Of a stretch of DNA of 64,000 nt, positions 31,132 to 42,400 are shown piece after piece; within the stretch, counting starts at the first letter, position 1; each line of letters opens with the position of its first letter. Where the stretch lies: the NCBI GenBank assembly GCA_963836205.1, contig CAWIIV010000007.1, positions 64,001-128,000 on the forward strand. Direction: 5' to 3'. The stretch is from an uncultured Acidimicrobiia bacterium (GTDB lineage Bacteria > Actinomycetota > Acidimicrobiia > Acidimicrobiales > AC-14). Under the pieces are notes generated by a model, which saw nothing but the letters and a program-made list of their open reading frames with translations, was not told where the DNA came from and ran no database searches. The position numbers were made by a program, and so were the translations under genes.

Positions 31132-31414
31132 GTCGGGCCACCCGCCGTTGCAGGACGTCGAGGATCACGATCACCGCCAGCGAGATGGCGAGCAGGATGA
31201 CCGCCACCGCGGCGGCTCCGGCCGGGTTGTCGTTCTCGATACTGCTCAGGATGCGCACCGAGGTGACCTCGGTCTTGAAGGGCAGGTTTCCCGAGAGCAG
31301 CACCAGCGACCCGTACTCGCTCACCCCCCGGGCGAACGAGAGCCCCGGTCGAGCTACGCCTCGGGGCACTCGTTGGGCGCCTGGGGTCCTCCAGCAGCTC
31401 GGCGAGCATGCCAC
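31124..31414 (-). pseudogene. cysT: sulfate ABC permease, 3' remnant
   Basis: LSFARGVSEYGSLVLLSGNLPFKTEV...ENDNPAGAAAVAVILL; 5' two-thirds absent. Confidence 0.8.
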
Positions 31415-31825
31415 CCGGCCGGCGGCGCCTCCGGGCCACGAGCGTGGTGCGGGGCGGTGGCGGTCCGGCCATGGCTACGACGAGGTCGTCGTAGCCAGCA
31501 CGGCGATGACGGCACTGTGCCGGCTGTGACCCCATCACCGGCGCGGGGGTCCTGCTGCCCCCGCCCCTGATGGTGGGCGGGGTCGGGCACCACGGGCGAC
31601 GATCATCTGGTCCGGATCGCATACATCGCCCGGCTCCAGTGACGTGTTCTCTCTCACTGGCCGCCGTACGCGAACTGCTGTGGGGCTGGGACCAGGGCCC
31701 GCCCGCACCGAGGTGTGGGGTAGGCCTTGCCGGCCGGCCTCGCCACCGCCCAGTTGGGATACCATCACGGCGCGGCTCGGGCGCGACACGACTTTCAGAT
31801 TTCAAATCGAGAAAGGATCCGTCCC

Positions 31826-32353
31826 ATGAGGAGTCGGCTCTCACTACTCATGGTTGGCGCGCTTACGGCGACCATGCTACTTATCGTCACCCCGGCGGCG
31901 TCGGCGGGGCCGCAGCCGGTCGACCTTACGTGCGTAGGCAACTTGGCGGCCACGTTCAGCCCCGGCGTCACCTTGGCGTCCGTTGACCAGACGGTGACCG
32001 TGGTACTCAAAGGCGGCAGTGATTTCCAGTCTGGTCTGGCCTGCACTTCGGCCAACGCCATCGCATACCAGGGTGTGACCGCCATTGTGAATTTGACCGG
32101 GAAGGTGTCTTGTATCGTCGGGAACCTTGTGGGGAACGGCACCTTGGCTTGGGAAAACGGTGATGTCTCCACTGTGAGCGTGCGGGCAACCACCATCGGG
32201 GCGGTTCCACTCATCGACGCCCGGATCACCAGTGGCGCGCTGATCGGGTCCCGAGTGGTCGTGGTGGGTGTCCCGACTGCCTTCTCTGGCCTCTGCATCA
32301 CGCCGGTGACTCGAATCTCCTACGTGGGCGCAGGTGCCTTCCTGAAGCTGTAG
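31826..32353 (+). CDS. secreted beta-rich hypothetical protein with 4 Cys
   Basis: AAAGGA RBS, signal peptide ending ASA, lower GC3. Confidence 0.7.
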   Translation: MRSRLSLLMVGALTATMLLIVTPAASAGPQPVDLTCVGNLAATFSPGVTLASVDQTVTVVLKGGSDFQSGLACTSANAIAYQGVTAIVNLTGKVSCIVGNLVGNGTLAWENGDVSTVSVRATTIGAVPLIDARITSGALIGSRVVVVGVPTAFSGLCITPVTRISYVGAGAFLKL

Positions 32354-32387
32354 GCAGCGGCGCCATCGCCCGGCAGTCAGCGTAGGG

Positions 32388-33752
32388 TCATCTTGGCGAA
32401 TCCTCGGTTCTCGGGGGAAGTCTGACGACCTCGAACAGGGCGGCCAGGTAGGCCTCGACGAAACGCCCGGCGGCTGCCGGCCCGAACAATCGGCGGCAGT
32501 AACGAAACGACAGGTGGAGCCGTCCCCCGGCCGTGACCGCGCCGACCGCGAGGCCAAGGGGCATACGCGCCGGGCCGGAGAAGAGCATCTCCTGGATGTC
32601 GCCGGCGCCGGTTCCGAACGACGGCACATCGGCGAGGCGGCCGAGATTGGAAAGCATGGCGGTGTCGATCAGCCGGTTGCCGGTGATGGGGACTAGGCCC
32701 ACGATGCCCCGCTTGGCCCACAGCGGGAGCAGCGCGGAGTGACCCAGAGCAGCAAGCATCGCCAGGCCGATATCCGAGGAGTTCTTCTTGCGGCGGGTCT
32801 GAGTGGTTACAGCGTCCAGTGCGTTGGCCGCCGTGCGGCGGCTGCGGCGGCGAGTCGACACCCGCGCTGTGAGGCTGAAGTTCCCCGCGATGTCCTGACG
32901 CCACTGCGGTGGGCGGAGGTTGATAGGCACGATGACGCCGACCCGGCCGCACCGTGCTCCGTGCGCCGAGTTCCATCTCGCGATCGCCAGATGGAGCGCG
33001 GCGAGGAGAGCGTCGTTGACGGTTCCTCGGCGGTCGCCCTCCACGAGGGCCTTCGTGGTTTGCGCAGGCAGTGAGACCTGGCAGAACCCGTACCCGATCT
33101 CGTCGGTTGCACCGTCTTTCGCGACGCGGGCTGCGGGCGCGACCAGGTCCCGCAGCCCTGCTGCGAGAGAGAGCCAGCGGCGAGCGGTGACGCGGGCCTC
33201 GGCGACGCTCGCCAGGCGCGCCGGCAGCTCGCGGGCCTCCTCGAAGGCCAGCAGGGGAGCGGGGTCGGGCCGGCCGGCGTACGCGTTGGCTATGGATTGC
33301 AGTACCCGCACGGCGCCGACGCCGTCCATTGCCGCATGGTTCACGTTCATCATGAGCACGTCGCCGTCGGGATGGCGGGCCAGCCATACGCGCAGGGGAG
33401 GCGACTCCGAAAGAGGCACCGCCACGCTCAGCAGTTCGGCGCGGGCGACGCCGAGGGCGACATCATCGGGACAGTCGACGACCCGAAGAGCGTTGATGTC
33501 GGGCGCAGATGGGAACGCCCAGATGTCGCGATGCCCGGTACTGGGGGACGCTACCTTCCGGGCCCTCGCCATGGGGTGGATGGCAATGGCGCGTTCGAGC
33601 GCCGACCGCAGCCGATCCTCATCGAGGGATCCACTGACCCGGGTCTCAAGCTGGATGCTCCATGGGGCGGCCTCGATGTCGAGAAGGTGGAACACCTCGT
33701 CGAGCATGCTAAACGGCACCACATCGAGGGGAGGCGGTAGCTCGGAGACCAA
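32388..33752 (-). CDS. condensation-domain / PapA-like CoA-dependent acyltransferase
   Basis: NHAAMDG (HxxxDG), TVNDALLAA, VPINLR, LSNLG; start uncertain (TTG). Confidence 0.85.
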   Translation of the reverse strand: MVSELPPPLDVVPFSMLDEVFHLLDIEAAPWSIQLETRVSGSLDEDRLRSALERAIAIHPMARARKVASPSTGHRDIWAFPSAPDINALRVVDCPDDVALGVARAELLSVAVPLSESPPLRVWLARHPDGDVLMMNVNHAAMDGVGAVRVLQSIANAYAGRPDPAPLLAFEEARELPARLASVAEARVTARRWLSLAAGLRDLVAPAARVAKDGATDEIGYGFCQVSLPAQTTKALVEGDRRGTVNDALLAALHLAIARWNSAHGARCGRVGVIVPINLRPPQWRQDIAGNFSLTARVSTRRRSRRTAANALDAVTTQTRRKKNSSDIGLAMLAALGHSALLPLWAKRGIVGLVPITGNRLIDTAMLSNLGRLADVPSFGTGAGDIQEMLFSGPARMPLGLAVGAVTAGGRLHLSFRYCRRLFGPAAAGRFVEAYLAALFEVVRLPPRTEDSPR

Positions 33753-34000
33753 ATGCTCGACAACCTCGGATCAGAAGTGAGCGAATATTCCGGGAGGCTA
33801 CCGTCTCTTGGAAGGTTGATGAATGAGCCTGATCGGAGCCCCAGCGGAGGGCCGTACTGCCTCGTAGACAAAGGGCCAGAGGTTCATCAAGTCATCCTGG
33901 CGTCCCGAACGGGCCGGACAAATGTCGATGCTGGGGCTCGAATGTGGCTTCCGGTGGTCGAGCGAGCAGCGAAGTGTCTGGGAGTGGGAGAGTTCCACGC

Positions 34001-35020
34001 GTGACCCCGCAACTCGCTGTCGAGGTCCGGAATCTTGAGAAGTGCTACGAGAACGCGGGCGTGCAGGCCCTCGGCGACGTCAGCTTCGACGTCGAGGAAG
34101 GTGAGATTTTCGGCTACCTCGGCCGCAACGGCGCTGGGAAGTCGACCACCGTTCGCATCTTGACCACCCTGTTGCGTCCGAGCGCGGGGCGCGCTCTGGT
34201 GCGGGGGTTCGACGTCTGCACCCAGCCGGGCGAGGTGAGGCGGGTGATCGGAGCGGCACTGCAGCAGGCGGCGCTCGACGACCTCATGACCGGGCGAGAG
34301 CACCTGCTTCTCGCGGCGCGACTCGCCGGCCTCGGCAAGGTCGGATCGCGTCACCGTGCGGCGGAGCTTCTCGAGGTTTTCGGCCTTGGCGCGGCCGCCG
34401 ACCGCATCGCAGCCAGGTACTCCGGAGGCATGCGCCGGCGCCTCGACGTCGCCATGGCCATGATCCGCCGACCGGGCGTGCTCTTCTTGGACGAACCAAC
34501 GACAGGGCTCGATCCCCAGGGCCGTCGAGCCCTGTGGGCTCTCGTCAGCGACTTCCGAGACCAGGGTTCGACTGTGTTCCTCACCACTCAGAATCTGCAA
34601 GAGGCCGACGAGCTCGCCGCCCGGGTGGCAATCGTCCACGAAGGACGGATCGCAGCCATCGGCAGTCCCGCGGAGCTGAAGACTCAGTTCGGTGGAGCGA
34701 CGACGATCCGTTTGCGGGCAGACGCCGCCAACATGGCCCGGGTCCGGGGCGCGACCAACGACCAGCAGTGCAGCGAGAGCGGCGACGGGTGGTTCACCCT
34801 GATGGTGGCCGGGGGCGAGGCCGCGGTCCCATCGTTGATAGCCCGCCTCGGTGAGGCGAAAGCATCCATCGAGCACCTCAGTGTTCGGTCCCCGAGCCTG
34901 GAGGACGTCTTCGTCAACCTTACGGGCTCCGAGATCGAGTCTTCGGCTACGTCCGATGACGCCGGATCCCTGGCCGCCATCCAACGCGGGCGGGGCGTGG
35001 TTCCTGGGAGCTCGCGGTGA
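34001..35020 (+). CDS. DrrA-type ABC exporter ATP-binding protein
   Basis: GRNGAGKS, YSGGMRRRLD, LFLDEPTTGLDP, PSLEDVF. Confidence 0.92.
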   Translation: MTPQLAVEVRNLEKCYENAGVQALGDVSFDVEEGEIFGYLGRNGAGKSTTVRILTTLLRPSAGRALVRGFDVCTQPGEVRRVIGAALQQAALDDLMTGREHLLLAARLAGLGKVGSRHRAAELLEVFGLGAAADRIAARYSGGMRRRLDVAMAMIRRPGVLFLDEPTTGLDPQGRRALWALVSDFRDQGSTVFLTTQNLQEADELAARVAIVHEGRIAAIGSPAELKTQFGGATTIRLRADAANMARVRGATNDQQCSESGDGWFTLMVAGGEAAVPSLIARLGEAKASIEHLSVRSPSLEDVFVNLTGSEIESSATSDDAGSLAAIQRGRGVVPGSSR

Positions 35021-35790
35021 GCCCGCTCGACCAGGTCCGGCTCCTCCTGGTACGAAGCCTCCGGGAAGGGACCCGCAACCCGCTGCTGGCCTATGCCCTC
35101 CCCGTGGTCATCCCGTTGGCCTTGCTCGTGTTGGTCGCGACAACCCTGTCCCGGGCCACCGAGCTGCCCGGCTTCCCTACCGACAACTACGCAGCGTGGA
35201 TAACGCCTCCAGTCGTCATGCTGACGGCGATGACGGGCGTGGGCTTCGCCGCGACGAGCCTTGTGATCGACATCCAGTCCGGCTTCATCGACCGTCTCCG
35301 CCTCCTCGATGCCAGGCCGCAGGCGCTGCTGCTCAGCCGCCTGCTCTTTGACGTACTGCGAGTGCTCTTCGCCGGCGCCGTCGTGCTGGTCCTTGGTGTC
35401 GTGCTGGGAACCGAGGTCCACGGCGGGCTGGTGGGGCTGCTGATGCTCTTCGGCCTGCTGACGCTGTGGGCCGCGGCCTACGGCGGTCTGTACTTCGTCG
35501 TCGCACTCACGACGATGCTGCCCCAGGCCCCCCTCGCCCTCCTGGCGATCGCCTTTCCGCTGGCATTCCTGTCGACGTTGTTCTTGCCCGACTCCCTGCT
35601 GCCGCGCTGGGCGGAGGTCGCCTCCCGCTGGAACCCGTACAGCTATATGGCCGATGCGAGCAGGGTCCTGATCACCGGGCCCTTCTCCGCCGCACCAGTC
35701 GCTCGAGCGGTGGCGGTGGCCGTGGGTGTCCTGCTGGTCACCCTGGTGGTTTCGTTGCGATCCTTCTCGCGCGCCGTCGGTGCCCGGTAA
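35017..35790 (+). CDS. ABC-2 (DrrB-type) permease
   Basis: 6 TM segments, DIQSGFIDRL, LPRW...WNPYSY; GTGA overlap with the ATPase. Confidence 0.9.
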   Translation: MSPLDQVRLLLVRSLREGTRNPLLAYALPVVIPLALLVLVATTLSRATELPGFPTDNYAAWITPPVVMLTAMTGVGFAATSLVIDIQSGFIDRLRLLDARPQALLLSRLLFDVLRVLFAGAVVLVLGVVLGTEVHGGLVGLLMLFGLLTLWAAAYGGLYFVVALTTMLPQAPLALLAIAFPLAFLSTLFLPDSLLPRWAEVASRWNPYSYMADASRVLITGPFSAAPVARAVAVAVGVLLVTLVVSLRSFSRAVGAR

Positions 35791-36046
35791 GCCAATGGCG
35801 CCGTGGGCGATCCGATCTTAGGAAGCTTCGCCTCGTTGGTTGACATGTCGGGTTCGTGATGCTGTGCTCTTGCGAGCGGCGCGCACCGCCGTGCTGCACG
35901 GTTTGCTCCAGCAGGACCCGTTCTTCCATAGGTAGTACTGACGACATCATGCGGCCTCCAATCCGTGCGCTGCTGGGGATGTCAACACTTGACGCTGAAA
36001 TCATTTCCGCGACCAGGCCCCAGTAAGCAGACTCCCAGGAGAGGCC

Positions 36047-36360
36047 ATGATGCAATCATTGCAAAGGCACAAGTCCGTGGTCATGGCGGCCGCCCTCACA
36101 GCGACGTTCGCCAACGCGACGACGGTGGGGTTGTAGACGCCGCGGTGACCCATTCAGCTGACGTGAGGCATCCGAGATGCGTCTCACGGTTGGTGTGGTC
36201 CAAGTCGACCAACGAAAGTGGTTCAATGACGGAGCAAAGCTACGACACCGGGGGACCATTCGCGGGTGACGCGGGGCCTCTCCCGCTGGTCGCCGGCGTC
36301 AGTCCTGCAAGCTGCTCGACTCCGACGGGGTTGACGACAGCGATGTTTGCCAACGCTTCG
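36047..36360 (+). pseudogene. possible degraded secreted-protein gene
   Basis: AGGAG RBS then MMQSLQRHKSVVMAAALTATF...stop; a later frame has GPFAG...SCSTPTGLT, resembling the ends of the 31826 protein. Confidence 0.35.
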
Positions 36361-36436
36361 ACTGGTCGGGTTATGAAGCGGAACCCCCGATTGCGATTCG
36401 ACTCTCCTTATCCCACTGGCACGACAGACCTTTCTC

Positions 36437-39400
36437 ATGAGTGATCCCGCCGCTTATCGCGACGACGCGCTCGCGATTGTCGGATTGGCGTTTCGGCTTC
36501 CGGGCGGCGTCACCACATTGGACGATTTGTGGTCGGCCTTGTCCACGAGACGGAATCTCATAACTGATATTCCTGCTGACCGTTTCGAGACGTCACGCTT
36601 CTTCGACCCGGTCCCGACTCGCGCCGGGAAGGCCTTTACGTTCGCCGGGGGATACATCGGTGACATCACCGGTTTCGATGCGGACTACTTCGGTATATCG
36701 CCCCGCGAGGCGACGTTGATGGACCCACAGCAGCGACTTCTCCTGGAGATGACCGCGGACGCGTTCGACGACGCCGGCATCGATCCGCAGTCCGTGGCCG
36801 GCACCGATACCTCGGTGTTCGTGGGTATGTCCGACATGGGTTACCTCGCCCTGCAAATGTGCTCGCCGGAGACAATTGCCTCCCATACGATGTCCGGCGG
36901 CGCCCTGTCGATCGCCTCGAACCGTCTGTCGTATGTGTTCGACCTTCGTGGGCCGAGCATGACCCTCGACACTGCCTGCTCGTCGGTGATGGTCGCGTTG
37001 CACCAGGCGTGCCAGACGGTGCTCACTGGGCGCAGCGCCCTGGCCGTGGTCGGGGGCGTTCACCTCCTGCTCGGGCCGCACCCGTTCATCGGTTTCGCCA
37101 AGGCCTCGATGCTGTCACCGCTCGGACGTTGCGCGACCTTCTCCGCCGACGCCGACGGCTACGTGCGGGCCGAAGGCGGAGGGGTGCTACTGGTCAAGCG
37201 GCTGTCGGCCGCCGTGGCCGCGGGGGATCGGGTGCACGCGGTGATCGTGTCCACCGAGGTCAACACGGACGGCCGGACCAGTGGGATGACCGTGCCCAGC
37301 GTCGAGATGCAGGCGGCGTTGCTGCGGACCGTTTACCAGCGAGCCGGGGTGGGCGCCGACGACCTCTCCTACTTCGAGGCGCACGGTACCGGTACGCCTC
37401 TCGGTGACCCCATCGAATGCGAGGCGGTTGGGCGGGCGCTCGGGCGGCGGCGCACGCCCGGTCAGCCCCTGCCGATCGGGTCGGTGAAGACGAATCTCGG
37501 CCACATGGAGCCTGCATCCGGCATCTCGGGCATTCTCAAAGCCATCCTGGTGCTCCAGCATCGGACGATCCCTCCGTCATTGCATGGCTCACCGCCGAAC
37601 CCGTTGATCGACTTCGCAGCCTTGGGATTGGCGCCAGTTCACGAGGCCCAGCCGGTCGAGCGAGGCCGGGCCCTGGTCGGGGTGAACAGCTTCGGCTTCG
37701 GTGGCGCCAACTGCCATGCGCTGCTGGCGGAGGCGCCGGCCGCTCGGTCGACGGCTCGACCAGAGGTCGAGCTGCCACTGGTCGTGTCGGCGCGCAGCGA
37801 ACCCGCGCTGATCCAGGCCGTCGGCCGGCTGGCCGAGCGGCTGGCAGGTTGCGCCCAGGACGACTACTACGACCTCTGCCACACGGCCGCCCGCAGGGCC
37901 CGGCACCCGCACCGAGCCGTGGTGCTGGCGTCCACGCCCCGATCCGCGGCGGATCGACTGGCCGCGGTGGCCGGGGGCGACGCTGCCGACGGTGCTGCCA
38001 GCGGAATCGCGGCGAAGGACGGGCGGGTCGTGTTCGCCTTCTCGGGCAACGGGTCGCAGTGGCCCGGCATGGGCGCCGACCTCATAGCGTCGGAACCGGT
38101 GTTCCAGGCCGCTATCGAGGAGGTCGACCGGCTCCTGTGCCGGCGGCTGGGATGGTCGGTGCTGGAGGAGCTGGTCGCGCCGCCTGAGCGATCACGATCG
38201 AGCGACACCGCTTTCGCCCAGCCGGCGCTGTTCGCGGTCCAGGTCGGGCTGGTGGCCTTGTTCGCCGCCCGCGGCATCCGCCCGGCGGCGGTCACCGGCC
38301 ACAGCGTCGGCGAGGTGGCAGCGGCCTACGCGTCGGGGGCTCTCGACCTGGACGCGGCGTGCCAGGTGATCGCTGGCCGCAGCGAGGCCCAGGCCCTCAC
38401 CGCCGGCCAGGGCCGGATGGCGGCGGTCGGCTTGAGCCCGGCTGAGGCGGAGCAGGCGCTGGCGCCCTTCTCCGGTCGCCTCGAGATCGCGGCGATCAAC
38501 ACGGACAGGGACGTGACCGTGTCTGGTGAGGCGGCAGCCGTCGCCGAACTGGCAACACGGCTCGACAGCGCGGTGTTCTTCCGCCAACTCGACCTCGACT
38601 ACGCCTTCCACTGCCGCCATATGGACGCCATCGAGCAGCCGCTGCGGGCGTCGCTGCGCGGCCTTCGCCCGTCAGAGGCCACGGTGCCGTTCGTGTCCTC
38701 CGTCACCGGCGGCCCTGTCGGTGGCGCCGAGCTCGACGCCGACTACTGGTGGGCGAACGTCCGCCAGCCCGTTCGATTCGCCTCGGCCGCCGACCATCTT
38801 CGGGCGCACGGATACGACGTCTTTCTCGAGATCGGGCCCCATCCGGTCCTTACCACCTACCTGCGCCGGATCACGGCGTCGAGCGGCCCAACCGCGGTCG
38901 TGCCGACGCTCAGGCGCGACACCGACGGACCCGCCGCCATTCGCACCGCGACGGCCGCGGTGATGGCCGTCGGCGCACGAGTCGACGAACGTCTGTCTCT
39001 CTCGGGACCGGGGCGGGTCGTGGACCTGCCCCCCTACCCGTGGCAGCGAGAGAGGTACTGGAACGGAACGCCTGGTCAATGGGTTCGCAGCAGTGGCGAC
39101 GGCACCATCGATCACCCACTGTTGGGGGAACGCATGCCCGTGCTGGAGCCCACGTGGCTGGCCACGGTCGAACCTGCGCTTGTGCCGTGGCTGGCGAGTC
39201 ACAAGCTCTGGGGTGCCGTCCTCTGGCCCGCGGTCGGGCACGTGGAAATGGCTATGGCCGCGGGGCGGCGAGTGCTGCATGCTCCCGTCGAGGTCACCGA
39301 CCTGGCCATCCCGGCGCCGCTGGTGCTGCCGTGGAACACGGGCATGGACGTACGGATCCAAACGTCGATGTCGGGCGACGACGGCGTCGTCCGGATCGCC

Positions 39401-42400
39401 AGCACCACTGGCACCGGGACCGACTGGCGATTGCACGCCCAGGGACGGGTCCGGCGGCTGCTGTGCGACGCGCCTCCAGCCGTCGACCTAGGCGTACTCG
39501 AGGAGCGCACCACGAGGCATTGGGATGCCGACGACTTCTACGCCCTCCTCGACCACGTCGGACTTCAGTACGGCCCGTTCTTACAAGTGTTGCGCGACGT
39601 GTACGCGGGCCCTGCAGACGTGGTGGCCTACTACAGCACCGCCATCGATCAAGAGGGTTACGAGGCCCATCCGGCGATCCTCGACGGAGCGCTCCACGCA
39701 GGAGTGCCCCTTCTGGAGGGCCGTTCGTTCATGCCTGGTGCCATCGACCGGGTCCGGCTGTGGCGCCAGCCGTCATCCTCCGGCTTCGTCCATGTCCGTC
39801 AGCGCTCACGGACCAGGCGCGAAGCGTGCTGGGACGTCCTCGTTGGCAACGACGACGGCACCGTGGTCGCCGAGCTGCGGGGTTGCAGGATGCGCCGGGC
39901 CGACGCCGAGCAGGCGCCTTCGGTGCACTACGCGACCGTGCTGCGGGCCGCGCCCAGAAAGCAGGAGCCCGCAGCGCCGAGCCCTCTGCCCGCGCCCGTT
40001 CAGCTTGTCGCCTACGCCCAGAGCCAGATCGAAGACCTCCAGGCTGGTTGGAACCAGAGAGGCTACGAGCGACTCGACGCCACGGCGAAGGTGGCGGCCG
40101 CCCATTTCGCAAGGGCGGCGGTCGACGCCATGCTGGCCGGACAGGAGGAGTTCACCACCGACGACCTCGTGGCCGCCGGGATGTTGCCCAAATACGTGCG
40201 GATGTGGCAGCTCGTGTCCCGTCTCTGCGTCGAGCACGGCCTGCTCGAGCGGCAGAGCAGTGACCGGTGGCGTACGACCGGCAGGAAAGCGAAGCGACCC
40301 AGGGATTTCGCCGAAGGTTTCCTGCTCGCCGAGCCGCGGTTCGCCCCGGACGTGCTCATGTCGGGACGATTGGGGAACCATTGGGCGGACCTTCTTTGTG
40401 GACGGCGCAAGCCAGTCGACCTGCTGTTCGGCGGTGGCGGGTCCGACACCGTCGAACATTTCTACGACACCTCGCCGATCGCAGGAATGCTCAACCACCT
40501 GACGAAGTCGCTGGTGGAGGCCATTGTCCAGAGTTGGCCGACCGACCGTCCGCTCCGGGTTCTGGAGGTGGGAGCCGGGACGGGTGGCACGACGGCCACC
40601 CTCCTGCCAGTTCTTCCCCCGGAACGCACGCGGTACGTGTTCACCGATGTGTCAGCCGCCTTTCTCACGGCGGCCGAAGCACGGTTCGAGACGTACGGGT
40701 TCGTCGATTACCGCCTGCTGGACATCGACCAGGACCTCCGCGAACAAGGTTTCGACGAGACGACTTTCGACCTGATCGTGGCGGCAAACGTCCTGCACGT
40801 GGCGCGGGACCTACGGCGCGCCCTGCGGCGACTCGGCTGCCTTCTGTCGCCGGGCGGCCAGATGCTGGCATGCGAGGTTCACGATCCGGAACTGCTCGTC
40901 GCGCCGCTCGGGTTCCTGGACCAGTTCTGGTCGTTCACCGACAGCGATCTTCGACCCGAGTCGGCTCTGCTCTCTCGCGAGCGATGGTCAGGCGTGTTCC
41001 GCGAGTGCGGGTTCGACGAGGTGGTCCAATGCGGGGCCTCCCAGGAGCCGGCGCGCTCCGACTTCTCGGTGACCCTGGCCCGCCGGGATCGCCGCCCGAC
41101 GGCACCATCGACATCGCCTCGCGCCGAGCCGGGCGGGTCGTGGGTCCTGGCAGTGGAGGACCCAGGCGACGTCGGTGTTGCGTCGGAGTTGGCGGACTTG
41201 CTCTTCGCTGGGGGGGCGGAGGCGGTCGCGGTCATCGCTGAGGCAGACGGAGCGTTGACGGCGGAGCGAGTGCAAGCTGGTGGGTCGATCGTCTTCGTGC
41301 TGGGCGGCGACAGCAGCGGCGACGCGGCGGGAGCGGTCTCCCGCGCCGTTCGACGATTCGGCGTTCTGCGTGCCTTTGCCACGGCATGTGAGGCCTTCCC
41401 ACCAGGTCACGGGACGAGGTTATGGCTGGTGACCCGGCCGAGCGGCGCTCTGCCCGAGCCGGAGCGGCCGCTCGTGCCCGAGGATGCTGCCCTCTGGGGC
41501 GCGGCACGGGTCCTGGCCAACGAACGCACCGACGCTGTGATCAGGAGGATCTCCTGGCAACGCAGCCAGGACGCCACGGAGGACGCCCGTCGACTGGCGC
41601 TCGAGCTGCTCGATCCCTCCGAGGAGGACGAGGTCGTCCTCACCAGGGCAGGGAGGTTCGTGCCCAGGCCGCTCGAGCGCCATCGGCCGCTGCGCCTGGT
41701 TGAGCGGCGACAACAGGCCTACGAGCTGGAGCTCCGCAATCAGGGTCTGTCCTACGAGCTGGCCTGGGTGGAGGCCGCGCCCCTGCGCCCTCTACCCGAC
41801 GAGGTGGTCGTCGAGGTGAGGGCGACGGCGCTCAACTACAGGGATGTCATGATCGCCATGGGCACCATGCCGCCCGACGCCGAGGGCGCCGTTGCCGGTG
41901 GCGAGCAGTTGATCGGGCTGGAGTATGCCGGGGTGGTCGCGGCGGTGGGAGGCGACGTCGAGACGCTGCGGCCGGGTGACCGTGTATGCGGAGTCGCCTA
42001 CCGGTCGTTCGCATCCCACGTGGTCACCAAGGCCGAATTCGTTCTGGAGATACCGGACGACATGGATTTCGCCGGCGCCGCGACCCTGCCGGTGGCTTTT
42101 CTCACCGTGCATCACAGCCTCGACCACCTCGCCCGGCTGGCCCCGGGCGAGACCATCCTGATCCATGGCGCCGCCGGCGGCGTGGGCCTGGCCGCCATCC
42201 AGTACGCGAACCTGGTCGAAGCCAGCGTGATCGCAACTGCGGGAACGGAGGCCAAGCGCGACCTCCTGTCGCTGCTCGGGGTCGACGATGTTCTCGACTC
42301 GCGCAGCATGGCCTTCGCCGACCAGGTCATGGCGCTCACCGACGGCGTCGGCGTCGACGTCGTGCTCAACTCCCTGAGCGGCGAGGCGATCTCCCGAGGG

